DNA of 64,000 bases from a virus: positions 33,238-97,237 of the IMG/VR virus record IMGVR_UViG_3300007535_000003; one strand, written 5' to 3'. Within the stretch, counting starts at the first letter, position 1. Every line of letters starts with the position of its first letter. Below are positions 26,670 through 36,258 of the stretch, in pieces. Below the pieces are notes generated by a model. The model saw only the letters and a list, made by a program, of their open reading frames with translations, made no database searches and was not told where the DNA came from. Both the position numbers and the translations under genes were made by a program.

Positions 26670-27060
26670 AGCTCGATAGCGGAACCAGAAGACGCACTGA
26701 TTAGCCTTGACCCCTAAGGCTTGAAATTGGGGGGAGGCCTTGCTATCCTAAGAAACTGAATCTTTTTATATCAATGACAAGATATAAAGATAGCAACGCT
26801 CGTGGGCGTAGAATAACGAGCAAAGGTACAACTGTGCACTAAGTATTATATACCTGCAAAGAATATTAAATACGTATAGTTGATTACCGGTCAGGACGCA
26901 CTAAATGGTAGTAATAGAATCCATTCAAAGAATCTATTGACCCGATAAATACTAAGTTATAGTGCAATATCCAGTAATAGACACGTTGAATTGAAGTTCG
27001 ACTTAATACTACTAACAAGTAAAGTAAGTAAGTGTTGCAGGTTCAAGCCCTGCTCGAGCT
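26670..27060 (+). ncRNA. tRNA-scaffolded ~390-nt structured RNA
   Basis: Acceptor AGCTCGA/TCGAGCT, Leu/Ser-type D-arm GCG..CGC, T-arm GCAGG-TTCAAGC-CCTGC; ~335-nt insert at the anticodon position; TATAAT at 26660. Confidence 0.75.
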
Positions 27061-27068
27061 TGTTACTA

Positions 27069-27138
27069 GCCGGGTAGCTCAACGGTAGAGCCTAGGATTT
27101 TACCCTAGAGAAGCGAGGTTCGAGTCCTTGCCCCGGCA
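27069..27138 (+). tRNA. non-canonical tRNA, anticodon TTT (Lys-like)
   Basis: GCCGGG/CCCGGC, GCTC-AACGGTA-GAGC, CTAGG-ATTTTAC-CCTAG, GCGAGG-TTCGAGT-CCTTGC. Confidence 0.65.
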
Positions 27139-27152
27139 CTAAATTAATAAGC

Positions 27153-27404
27153 ATGAAAAAATATAATACATTTGTAACATACGCAACTAACGACAAGGGC
27201 GAAGATATCACAGAAGATAACAAATTAATATGGCATAAGTATAAAAAGGGTAGTAGAAAAGAATATGTAAGCGTATCTAAAAGAGCTCAAGATGGGGATA
27301 TACCTCAATTGAATGAACCTAATAGTAGAACTGTTTCATACTACACGAGAAATATACCTAAATTCGGCGAAGAGAGAACTGAGTTCATTATTTTTGAAAG
27401 CTAG
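27153..27404 (+). CDS. hypothetical protein
   Basis: 83-aa ORF. Confidence 0.6.
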   Translation: MKKYNTFVTYATNDKGEDITEDNKLIWHKYKKGSRKEYVSVSKRAQDGDIPQLNEPNSRTVSYYTRNIPKFGEERTEFIIFES

Positions 27405-27408
27405 TACT

Positions 27409-28386
27409 ATGCTATACGACACTGATAAACTTACACCTGTTACAGAGGAAAATATTTTAAAGAGAACTACTGAGTATGATATTTACTCTTACTATATAGG
27501 AAGAAAAGTACCAATAAATACTAAATTTAATAGTCCCCTAAGAAAAGATGATGATCCTTCATTTGGTTTATTTATGGCCAAAAAGACCAGGAGTCTATTA
27601 TTTAAAGATCAGGGTACTGGTATAGTAGGTAACTGTTTTAAGTTTGTACAATTATATAAACAATTAGCTACTTATAGAGATGCCTTAAATAAAATAAATA
27701 AGGATTTAAGTTTAGGCTTGTTAGAAAGGTCACAAAAAGGCTTACTAGTAAGGGACAAGTACAAGCCTAGTAGGACTAAGATAGCTGTAAAGAAAAGGAA
27801 TTTTACAAAATTTGATTTGGATTATTGGTCTCAGTTCTGTATTACAAGAGAGACGCTAAGGAAGTTTAATATATTCCCTATAAGTAAATTATGGATAAAT
27901 GATGCGGTATCCAAGTATTTTTATAGTAAAAGAGAGCCTATGTATGCTTATAGGATATATAATAAGTTTAAAATATATAGGCCACATAGTTCTAAAGATA
28001 ACAAGTTCCTAAATAACTGTAACAAGCACGATATACAAGGGTTCCAGCAGTTGAAAAAATCTGGGGAACTAGTTATTGTAACCAAATCCTTAAAGGATGT
28101 TATGGTTCTATACGAACTGGATTTTAGTTCTATAGCTGCTAACAGTGAATCTACTCCAATACCTAAAGATGTAATGTTAGATCTAAAGAAGAGGTTTAAT
28201 AGGGTGGTAGTGTTATATGATAATGATAGCACTGGTGTAAAGGGTATGATTGATATGAAGAAGGCATACAACTTAAAATGTATCTTTATACCCTTAGGGT
28301 ATAGAGCTAAAGATATAAGTGATCTTATAAAAAAAGTAGGTTTTAACAAAACTTATACAATATTAAACAAGCTACTTTATGGATAA
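27409..28386 (+). CDS. DNA primase (TOPRIM)
   Basis: SPLRKDDDPSF, TKSLKDVM, YDNDSTG, KDISD; likely start MLYDT. Confidence 0.9.
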   Translation: MLYDTDKLTPVTEENILKRTTEYDIYSYYIGRKVPINTKFNSPLRKDDDPSFGLFMAKKTRSLLFKDQGTGIVGNCFKFVQLYKQLATYRDALNKINKDLSLGLLERSQKGLLVRDKYKPSRTKIAVKKRNFTKFDLDYWSQFCITRETLRKFNIFPISKLWINDAVSKYFYSKREPMYAYRIYNKFKIYRPHSSKDNKFLNNCNKHDIQGFQQLKKSGELVIVTKSLKDVMVLYELDFSSIAANSESTPIPKDVMLDLKKRFNRVVVLYDNDSTGVKGMIDMKKAYNLKCIFIPLGYRAKDISDLIKKVGFNKTYTILNKLLYG

Positions 28387-30427
28387 ATGTATCAAAAAAG
28401 AGGAAATAGCAATTAGTCTAGAGCACTTAAATGCTATAACAGCAACCAGAACAGCTGTACTAGATCAAGGCCACACATATACATATATTTCTAATTCAGC
28501 TGTAGATCTTTTTAACAGGGTGATATCTTCATTAGCTAATAAGCTTACAAAAGATAAACAGGACTTATCAGAATTTAAAGCTAAAGAAGTTAAATCTGAT
28601 TTAGATTTAGATAGTATTAATAGGTTAGAAAGAAGAATAAAGATTACTTCAGAGGCTATAGATGTAAGTAAATACCTTAAAGGCAGGCCGTTCTCCAACG
28701 GCTATAAAATAACAACTGACCATACAGTAAATGAAACTAAACTTAGTGAAATACCTTTAAGTTTGCATATAGACAATAAAGGGAAAGCTCTTATATTTAC
28801 TAGAGCTTTATTGGGGAAATCAATAATACAGATATTAGAAGAGAGTGGGCATATTGGTCCAGTTAATATGAGATGTGCAGTGGAGGTTCTGCTAAATAAT
28901 TCTGATCTGATTACAATACCAAAGAACTATAAGGATCTATTGCCCCCAATATCCACACACTATGGGATAATTTCAATATCCACATACTATGGGATAATTT
29001 GTCGTTCAGAACAACAATCTATATGGACCTACATAGCAAAAGTTATAAAAATGTCTTCTGAGGACCTTGATTATCAACCCTATTTTAAAGAGATTAAGCT
29101 TGGTAGAGCTATAACAGCTATAATGGGCAGTGCTGTACCTAGTGCAGTAGTAGAAAAAATAGTGCAAGAAGTTAAGGACTTGGCAGATTCTGCTAATACT
29201 AACCTAGAAAAAGCTGTTAGTATAGTAGAAGGTCATGATATATTATTTTATTACAATAGGCATAATAATCTATTCTTAGAAAAATTGCCAGAAGGAGTTG
29301 TAGAAAGTGCCAATATTAATGCTCAAGAAAAAGGCGGATCATTAGCAGGTAGTTGTATGAACGGCTATTCTAATTATAGTAAGTTGAATTTTTATGCCTA
29401 TAATCCTGATAGAATTAAGTTGCTAGTTTTAAAGAGTAAAGTACCTAATAAAATCTTAGCTAGGAGTATTCTATGGTTACCAGATGATGGTAAGGTATAT
29501 ATGGATAGAATATATTCTATTTCAGAGACATGTGCTAGAATACTTAGGAAATATGCTAAGGATAAAGGGTTCATAGGTATACATCACAGCTCTGTGATAT
29601 CTGATACTGGGTATGATGCCAAATTTGTATTAGAAGACTTGTACGCACCTAATATTAAGCACTATAGACTCCCTTATTTAGACTCTCTAAACAGGAGAGG
29701 TTTTGTACTCACCAAGGATAACAAAGTCAAAGTTACATTATCTTATGGTCCATTTAATACCCCTGAGAAAGATAAATGGGTAAAAAGAAAAGTAGAAGAT
29801 GATGAAGTTAAGTATATTGATGAGTCGGATATTTCAAATAAGAATAGTCTTAATGTAGATAAAGATAAAATAGCAACTCTTACAAAAATAATAAATACTT
29901 CTAAAACAGAAGATCTGGATAATGAGGTAAGTTTTAACACTGATGCTAATATTAAAGCAAAAAAGGTAAGCTCTGATCCTAATTTAGAAGGCGTTATCAG
30001 TGATATTAATAAAATACTGTCAACAAGGTATGGGGTAAAGAGTCCACTACGGTCTAAAAACATGGGTATCAAAAGAATATTTAGTCAATACATGACTTTA
30101 AACAGTGTAACAAACAGAAACTTTTTTAACCGTATTAATGTAGACGAAGCAGTAAATACAAAAACATTCAATAACACAATTTGCTCTGTAGAAATTGGCA
30201 GCAAGGATGTTATATATAAGGATAAGCACTTAGTAAAGAATTTACTATTAAATCCTGATATAGATTTTTATGTAACAAAAAAGAATATTGTGACAGATCC
30301 TAATTATCTAAATGTGACTCAGTCAGGTCCCTATTGTATCATATTACATAAAAATAATATCTTTAAAGTTTTTGGTAAGAACAATATAAAAGAAGTAAGT
30401 ACCAATTATTACAAACATACGGCCTAA
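28379..30427 (+). CDS. hypothetical protein
   Basis: 682 aa with GSCM...ARSILW...YMDRIY...PYLDS conserved-looking motifs. Confidence 0.75.
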   Translation: MDKCIKKEEIAISLEHLNAITATRTAVLDQGHTYTYISNSAVDLFNRVISSLANKLTKDKQDLSEFKAKEVKSDLDLDSINRLERRIKITSEAIDVSKYLKGRPFSNGYKITTDHTVNETKLSEIPLSLHIDNKGKALIFTRALLGKSIIQILEESGHIGPVNMRCAVEVLLNNSDLITIPKNYKDLLPPISTHYGIISISTYYGIICRSEQQSIWTYIAKVIKMSSEDLDYQPYFKEIKLGRAITAIMGSAVPSAVVEKIVQEVKDLADSANTNLEKAVSIVEGHDILFYYNRHNNLFLEKLPEGVVESANINAQEKGGSLAGSCMNGYSNYSKLNFYAYNPDRIKLLVLKSKVPNKILARSILWLPDDGKVYMDRIYSISETCARILRKYAKDKGFIGIHHSSVISDTGYDAKFVLEDLYAPNIKHYRLPYLDSLNRRGFVLTKDNKVKVTLSYGPFNTPEKDKWVKRKVEDDEVKYIDESDISNKNSLNVDKDKIATLTKIINTSKTEDLDNEVSFNTDANIKAKKVSSDPNLEGVISDINKILSTRYGVKSPLRSKNMGIKRIFSQYMTLNSVTNRNFFNRINVDEAVNTKTFNNTICSVEIGSKDVIYKDKHLVKNLLLNPDIDFYVTKKNIVTDPNYLNVTQSGPYCIILHKNNIFKVFGKNNIKEVSTNYYKHTA

Positions 30428-30438
30428 ATTTTCAAAAT

Positions 30439-31686
30439 ATGCCAGATATAAGCTTGAGAATGTTAAAGAATGTGCTGTCTATACAATCTAAATCTACTTA
30501 CAGCAAAGATAGTAAAGACAATGATTTGCAGATAAGGAGGTACATAAAGTCTGTGCTGTCTTCTAATAATATTAAACATTTTGAAGATGGGTACGGCAAC
30601 ATATATGCTGTAAAAGGCAAAACAGAACTGTACGATTGTATAGTAGCTCATGTTGATACAGTACACAACATTAACAACAACGTAGAAGTGAATAGAAATG
30701 GGGATTACCTATATGCCTTTGACCCTATAAATGTTAAACAAGCAGGTATAGGGGGTGATGATCTTGTAGGGGTTTATATAGCTTTACAAGCTCTAAAAGA
30801 TAGGGATAATATAAAAGCTGTATTCTACAGAAACGAAGAGATAGGTAAACTGGGTAGTAAATTCTCAATAAGTAATAATAAGACATTTTATAGCAACTGT
30901 AAATTTGTTATACAAAACGATAGAAAAAATAACACGGATTTTATAGTTAAATCTAGTGGTATAGATATTTGCAGTAACAGTTTTAAAAAAGATGCTAAGA
31001 TATATCTTGACAAAAATGGGTATAAAGAAAGTACAGGTTTGTCTTCAGATATTGATACTTTAGTAAGTGGTGGTATAGGCATAAGTGCTGTAAATCTTTC
31101 TTGTGGTTATTTTAGGCCCCACTCTGATACTGAAGTTGTAAGTATTAGTGATGTAAAACGTGCTTACAGCTTAACTACAGATTTATTTGATAACTTGATT
31201 AAGAAATATAAACATACTTATACTCCCCCAAAAAATACTAATAATAACCAGTACTACTTTAGTGGTTATAACACAAATACTGGTATTGATGATGTATATG
31301 CTAAGCAGCATTCTTCAGAGTATAAAGAAACATTAAACAAGATTGATTCGACTAAGAAAAATGAATATAAACTTTTCCTTAAGCTTAAAGGTGTAGATTT
31401 CTACATATTGAAAAACCACGAAGATATTGAAGTTCCTATAAAAGGGCACACTTGTAGTGAATGTAGTAAAGAAGAAACTACGTATTTTATCCCTGATGAA
31501 AATAGGTTCTTCTGTATAAGCTGTAATAAGTTTATAAACAATGATTTAAATTTAAGGAAGAAACTAATTATAAAGGATTCAAAACACGTATTTTACCATA
31601 ATGGTATAAACAACAGATGGATTAGGGATAATGCTGTCTGGGATAATACTTTTGATTTCTATAGACACAAAAGATATGGAGAATAA
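30439..31686 (+). CDS. M20/M28-family zinc peptidase-like protein with C-terminal zinc ribbon
   Basis: AHVDTV, GGDD, EE.G..GS, DR, YFRPH; CxxC...CxxC. Confidence 0.85.
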   Translation: MPDISLRMLKNVLSIQSKSTYSKDSKDNDLQIRRYIKSVLSSNNIKHFEDGYGNIYAVKGKTELYDCIVAHVDTVHNINNNVEVNRNGDYLYAFDPINVKQAGIGGDDLVGVYIALQALKDRDNIKAVFYRNEEIGKLGSKFSISNNKTFYSNCKFVIQNDRKNNTDFIVKSSGIDICSNSFKKDAKIYLDKNGYKESTGLSSDIDTLVSGGIGISAVNLSCGYFRPHSDTEVVSISDVKRAYSLTTDLFDNLIKKYKHTYTPPKNTNNNQYYFSGYNTNTGIDDVYAKQHSSEYKETLNKIDSTKKNEYKLFLKLKGVDFYILKNHEDIEVPIKGHTCSECSKEETTYFIPDENRFFCISCNKFINNDLNLRKKLIIKDSKHVFYHNGINNRWIRDNAVWDNTFDFYRHKRYGE

Positions 31687-31759
31687 TAACTTTAATTAGG
31701 GGCTTTCGTATAATGCGAAATGCAACGTGGGTTCATGTTGAGCCCCTAATTTTATTATT

Positions 31760-32281
31760 ATGAAGCGAAAGAAGAATAGGAAGGTAAAGAATGCTACTAT
31801 TAAAACAGTAGATGGTATAAAGTTTAAGTCTAAGTTGGAAGCTCATTGTTACAATAGACTTAAAGAAAATAATATAAAGGCTGAATATGAGGGTAAAAAG
31901 TTTGAAATTATACCAGCTTTTATATATAATAATGAGAAAGTAAGGAAAATGACCTATACTCCAGATTTTGTTGGTACTTATAAAAATAAGAAGTTTGTAA
32001 TAGAGTGTAAAGGGAATCCTAATGATGCTTTCCCATTAAGGTGGAAGATATTTAAGTATTATCTATATAATACTAGGTCTAAGTATGATTTGTATTTACC
32101 TAGGAGTATGAAACAGGTAGATGAGACAGTTGAAAAAATAAAAAACAATGGAACTAATTTACATAACAGCAAAAATGATGGAGCCAGGAGAAGCAGGGAT
32201 AAAGGAGAAAATAAAGGCTCACAAAAAGGAAATAAAAAGACTGAGAAAAAGGCTAAGAATGATAAGAAAATGGAGAAATAG
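31760..32281 (+). CDS. PD-(D/E)XK endonuclease (DUF1064/endonuclease I-like)
   Basis: FKSKLE...YTPDF...IECKG. Confidence 0.85.
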   Translation: MKRKKNRKVKNATIKTVDGIKFKSKLEAHCYNRLKENNIKAEYEGKKFEIIPAFIYNNEKVRKMTYTPDFVGTYKNKKFVIECKGNPNDAFPLRWKIFKYYLYNTRSKYDLYLPRSMKQVDETVEKIKNNGTNLHNSKNDGARRSRDKGENKGSQKGNKKTEKKAKNDKKMEK

Positions 32282-32295
32282 GGGGTTACCTTGGT

Positions 32296-33333
32296 ATGAA
32301 CGAGAAGCAATATTATAAAGAAAAGGGGGTATCTAACTCCTCGTTAAATTGGTTTTTATATTCCCCCGCTTATTTTAGGAAAAGATTAGATGAAGAGATA
32401 GCTGAAGAGCAGAAATCATGGCAATCTATCGGTCGTAAGGTGCATATGGCTATACTAGAACCAGAAGAATTTGAAAAAAACTATATATATTTAGAATATC
32501 AACAGCCTAAAAGCCCACAACAAAAACAATTCTGCGAAGAGTATGTTAAAGATAGGCGCAATAGACCTAAAGCTACTAAAATATCTAGTAAGATTAAAGC
32601 TTATGGAAAAGCTTACAATACTAAAGCTATCAAGGAAGAAGATGTGAAGAAAAAGGCTGAAAGTCTACAAAGAAAGCTTAAGGATTATATAAACTACTTA
32701 GAGAAATCTAAGGAATACAAAGATATATTGACTAAAGCTGAATGGAATCTAATTAACCGTTTGAAAGAAGCCGTATTTGAGCATAAAATAGCTACAGAGG
32801 TGTTGGGTATGGGTGGGAGTAATGAGCTCTTTAAAAGCCAAATTTCGGCCTATAGTGAGCTTCCTATATTTTGGAAGTACCCAACTGATATTGATGTAGA
32901 CTGTAAGTCAATGGTTGACAGGCTTGTTATAGATAAAGAGAATAAAACAATAAAGTTAATCGACTTGAAAACAACTAGTAATATAGGTAAATTTAGCGAC
33001 TCATTTAATGACTATAGTTACTATAGACAGCTAGCTTTTTACTGGCTAGCAGTTTATTACATGGCTAAGAATGATAGCTCAATACCTGACATACGTGATT
33101 ATAAGAAAGAAACATATATTATAGCTCTACAGAAAAGGGACATACCAGAGTGTAGAGTTTACAAGATACCAGAGCACAAACTTAACGAGGGATTAGCAGA
33201 GATAGAGAGAATATTACCAGAAATTGCATGGCATATAGAAAATGACAAATGGTTCCATACTAAAGAGTACTACACAGGAAACGGAATCGAAAAACTATTT
33301 AAACATGATGAACAACATGCAAACGTTAAGTAA
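32296..33333 (+). CDS. PD-(D/E)XK exonuclease (RecE/exonuclease VIII-like)
   Basis: VSNSSL, G..VH..ILE, CKSMVDRL, IDLKTT, YYRQLAFY. Confidence 0.85.
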   Translation: MNEKQYYKEKGVSNSSLNWFLYSPAYFRKRLDEEIAEEQKSWQSIGRKVHMAILEPEEFEKNYIYLEYQQPKSPQQKQFCEEYVKDRRNRPKATKISSKIKAYGKAYNTKAIKEEDVKKKAESLQRKLKDYINYLEKSKEYKDILTKAEWNLINRLKEAVFEHKIATEVLGMGGSNELFKSQISAYSELPIFWKYPTDIDVDCKSMVDRLVIDKENKTIKLIDLKTTSNIGKFSDSFNDYSYYRQLAFYWLAVYYMAKNDSSIPDIRDYKKETYIIALQKRDIPECRVYKIPEHKLNEGLAEIERILPEIAWHIENDKWFHTKEYYTGNGIEKLFKHDEQHANVK

Positions 33334-33868
33334 TCTTAACAAAGGCAGAACAACTGAAAAGACTCAAGCAACTAGATTTCTAATGCCTCTGGTATCCAAG
33401 GGATCTGATGGTACTTATCTTGAATTTATTAAGAAAGGAATTGATAATTGCTATCTGTATGAAGAAGATAAATTAATACTAGTTTATGAACATACAGATG
33501 ATAATATTAGCCTTGAAGAAAAAATGAGGGGTAATAGCTTGTTTGAAGACAGTATTGATATTAAAAACGAGAATAAAGTAGGGTATATATTTAATGTACC
33601 TGAACAATATAAACAAGACTTAGAGAATTTTAAGCAGGGTAAATATTCTGAGTTTAGTAAAGATATGAAAGATACTATACTCTCCTTCTGGAATTTAGAC
33701 CCCAAGGATGAAACTAACGTCCTTTATGGTGTACTAAATAAAACTGAGATAGGTAAAGACTATGCTCAAGACCAAAAAGAAGATAACGATGAGTTTGAAG
33801 GAGATGAAGTATGGATGAAACCGAATATAGAGATTGAACAATTTTCAAACATATATTCAAAAGCATAA
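33305..33868 (+). CDS. hypothetical protein
   Basis: Acidic ORF with an F..GKYSEFS motif; start uncertain. Confidence 0.7.
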   Translation: MMNNMQTLSNLNKGRTTEKTQATRFLMPLVSKGSDGTYLEFIKKGIDNCYLYEEDKLILVYEHTDDNISLEEKMRGNSLFEDSIDIKNENKVGYIFNVPEQYKQDLENFKQGKYSEFSKDMKDTILSFWNLDPKDETNVLYGVLNKTEIGKDYAQDQKEDNDEFEGDEVWMKPNIEIEQFSNIYSKA

Positions 33869-33940
33869 GTTGGTTAGTTAGGGTTTAATAAGTTGGGGTG
33901 TCATTCGGTTGGCACCCCTTTTATTTTAAATTAAATTATT

Positions 33941-34102
33941 ATGAAAATATATATAGATCCAGATAAGTACTCAGAAGAAGATTTAGGGCTGCTTATAAAT
34001 GCTTTAAGAGATATAGGCATATATGCTGAAGCAGCTGAATTAGAAACTGAAGTCTTAAATAGAAGAGTAGATGAAACTATTGAACAAAACGATAACAATT
34101 AA
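33941..34102 (+). CDS. 53-aa hypothetical protein
   Basis: Manually translated MKIYIDPDKYSEED... Confidence 0.5.
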   Translation: MKIYIDPDKYSEEDLGLLINALRDIGIYAEAAELETEVLNRRVDETIEQNDNN

Positions 34103-34110
34103 GTTAGGTA

Positions 34111-34914
34111 ATGAGATGGATTAAATACAATGAGTGGATCGCCTTAAAGATTTATTCGTATATATTTGATAAGATACACAGAAGAAAACTTTTATATGAT
34201 AATTATTATAGTATGCAACAATTAAATTTACAATTTAAAGAAGATCCACGACTAGTAGAAAAGCGGCAGAAGCTGCTAGATAACTGGTATAAGATACTTA
34301 AAGATGAATTCAATAAGGACTATATGCAGCGAATATCAGCTTATTTAGCTAATAGGTATAAAGAAGCTGAGGTATATCCACCTAAACATCAAATATTTGA
34401 GGCATTTAAACAATGTTCTTATAATAAGACTAGGGTGGTAATGATAGGTCAAAACCCGTATCATACCCCTGGTACTGCACATGGTCTAGTATTTAGTAGT
34501 CTGCAGAAGAAGACTCCACCTAGTTTAAAGAATATTTTTGTTGAGATAGAGAATGAATTAGGCAAACACACGTTTAATCATAACGACTTAACTCAATGGG
34601 CTAATCAAGGTATACTATTGCTCAATGCTTCGCTTACAGTTGAAAGGGGAGACCCGTTATCTCATACAGATATAGGGTGGGATAACTTCTTAAAAGCTGC
34701 TATAACTAAGCTGAACAAGCATAATAACCAAATAGTATATTTGCTGTGGGGTAAATTTGCACAATCTTTCAAACCACTAATAGATACTGACAAACATATT
34801 GTATTAGAAGCAGCTCACCCTAGCCCATTCTCTGCAGACAGGGGATTCTTTGGCTGTGGACATTTTAAGGAAGTAAAAGATAAGTACCCAGATATAGATT
34901 TTAATGTATACTAA
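34111..34914 (+). CDS. ung: uracil-DNA glycosylase family 1 (catalytic motif GQNPY)
   Basis: VYPP, GQNPYH, AHGL.FS, PPSLKNI, LLLN, LLWG, HPSP; true start may be 34213. Confidence 0.92.
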   Translation: MRWIKYNEWIALKIYSYIFDKIHRRKLLYDNYYSMQQLNLQFKEDPRLVEKRQKLLDNWYKILKDEFNKDYMQRISAYLANRYKEAEVYPPKHQIFEAFKQCSYNKTRVVMIGQNPYHTPGTAHGLVFSSLQKKTPPSLKNIFVEIENELGKHTFNHNDLTQWANQGILLLNASLTVERGDPLSHTDIGWDNFLKAAITKLNKHNNQIVYLLWGKFAQSFKPLIDTDKHIVLEAAHPSPFSADRGFFGCGHFKEVKDKYPDIDFNVY

Positions 34915-34915
34915 A

Positions 34916-35080
34916 ATGAAAAATTTACTAAGAGTCTTTATTATAATAGCGCTTACGGCAGCTATAATAACCAGTTTTATACAAAAAGACTATTTCCTAT
35001 CGACTAGTATTTTATGGATAGTATTAATGCTAGAAGCAATTTTAGATATTTTAGATAGGCACAAAATTAATAAAAAATAA
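34916..35080 (+). CDS. 54-aa two-TM protein
   Basis: Manually translated; two hydrophobic helices and a basic tail. Confidence 0.5.
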   Translation: MKNLLRVFIIIALTAAIITSFIQKDYFLSTSILWIVLMLEAILDILDRHKINKK

Positions 35081-35084
35081 TGCG

Positions 35085-35810
35085 ATGGCTAAAAATATTC
35101 AAAGGAGAAATTTTATAATCCTTATCTTAAGCGAAATGCTAAGTTATATGGGTCTAGAAGCATATCCTCATAATAGTGATAATGTTACACTTATATATTA
35201 TCACGGTAGTAAAGTAAAGGTAGTTAAAGTAGTAAAATTTGAAAAATTATTAAGATTTTGTGGGTTAGATTATCTAGTAGATAAATACTCTTTCCTGCAC
35301 GAAACAGCTTTCTTTCAAAAGTTAACTGAATGTAAGTACTTTAACCCCACTATATTTAGACCTGGTAATAGTAGGGATACATATAAACAGGCTAAGGAGC
35401 AAAAGCTAAATACTTTATTTACAAGCTTTGTCAATCATGTATCAAATAATAGATTAAGTTTATATAAAAACCCTTATATATTTACTATCCATGAAAGAAT
35501 GCACCTTAAAGCTATAGACTATTTCTTTGTGTTTAATACAGAAGAAACATTAGCCTTGCAAGCTAAAGCAATAAGGGATTCTTTACTAAGCCCTGAAACA
35601 GTAAGGGAATACATATTGGAAGATAAAGGTAAGAATTACTTTATACCTGATGGGGCTGTAGAAGATTGTATAAATGAATTGATTGATAGTGTAGTACAAG
35701 TAAAAGGTAATTTAGAAAACTACCTAAGGGAAGTAACAGCGAATACTGTAAAGAAAGATATCCTGAATATCTATAATTATTACGTTATGAGAGATTACTA
35801 TGAAAACTAA
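35085..35810 (+). CDS. hypothetical protein
   Basis: 241-aa ORF. Confidence 0.65.
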   Translation: MAKNIQRRNFIILILSEMLSYMGLEAYPHNSDNVTLIYYHGSKVKVVKVVKFEKLLRFCGLDYLVDKYSFLHETAFFQKLTECKYFNPTIFRPGNSRDTYKQAKEQKLNTLFTSFVNHVSNNRLSLYKNPYIFTIHERMHLKAIDYFFVFNTEETLALQAKAIRDSLLSPETVREYILEDKGKNYFIPDGAVEDCINELIDSVVQVKGNLENYLREVTANTVKKDILNIYNYYVMRDYYEN

Positions 35811-36015
35811 AAAAGATAAATTCTTTAAAAAACCTAGGAGAGTAGTTATAAAATGCTTGAATCCTAACTGTGACGCTCAAAAACCTTTTATTATGAATGT
35901 TAATAACATTCATGAGAGTGAGATCAGTGAAATATTAAACTGCCCTAGATGTGGTAGTAATAATATAGAGATAGTAGAAGTAACTACCCCTAGAAAACAA
36001 ACACTCGTTATATGA
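35800..36015 (+). CDS. zinc-ribbon protein
   Basis: CLNPNC...CPRCGS. Confidence 0.65.
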   Translation: MKTKKDKFFKKPRRVVIKCLNPNCDAQKPFIMNVNNIHESEISEILNCPRCGSNNIEIVEVTTPRKQTLVI

Positions 36016-36203
36016 AAAAAATAGATGAAATTGTAGAATATAATTACGCACCAGGTTATTCCTTAGTCCATTTTATTGGGGACGGAAGGTTTAACTCCCT
36101 AGTACGAAACAGTGACCTTGTTTGTACACATCTAAAAGAAAGGCAAGAGCCTAAACAAAAAAAGGTGGAAATCAATTTGTATGAAATCCACCTACATCTT
36201 TAA
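36012..36203 (+). CDS. hypothetical protein
   Basis: 63 aa, last gene of the plus-strand block. Confidence 0.55.
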   Translation: MKKIDEIVEYNYAPGYSLVHFIGDGRFNSLVRNSDLVCTHLKERQEPKQKKVEINLYEIHLHL

Positions 36204-36221
36204 AAAGATCATTTAAAACAG

Positions 36222-36258
36222 TAATGGGGGGCTTGTTGCTGAGTCCCCTATTATTTTT
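36222..36258. terminator. terminator between the convergent blocks
   Basis: GGGGGCT/AGTCCCC hairpin and T-rich tail. Confidence 0.65.

Noticed and set aside
26700-27030. Conventional group I intron or second tmRNA in the tRNA scaffold
   Set aside because: No P/Q (P4-P6) elements, P7 lacks the canonical G-binding pair, there is no G3.U70 and no AA-ending tag. Kept only as an unknown RNA.
27139-27152. Theta (HDV-like) ribozymes at tRNA 3' ends
   Set aside because: The sequences after 7926, 9533 and 27138 are AT-rich and show no such fold.
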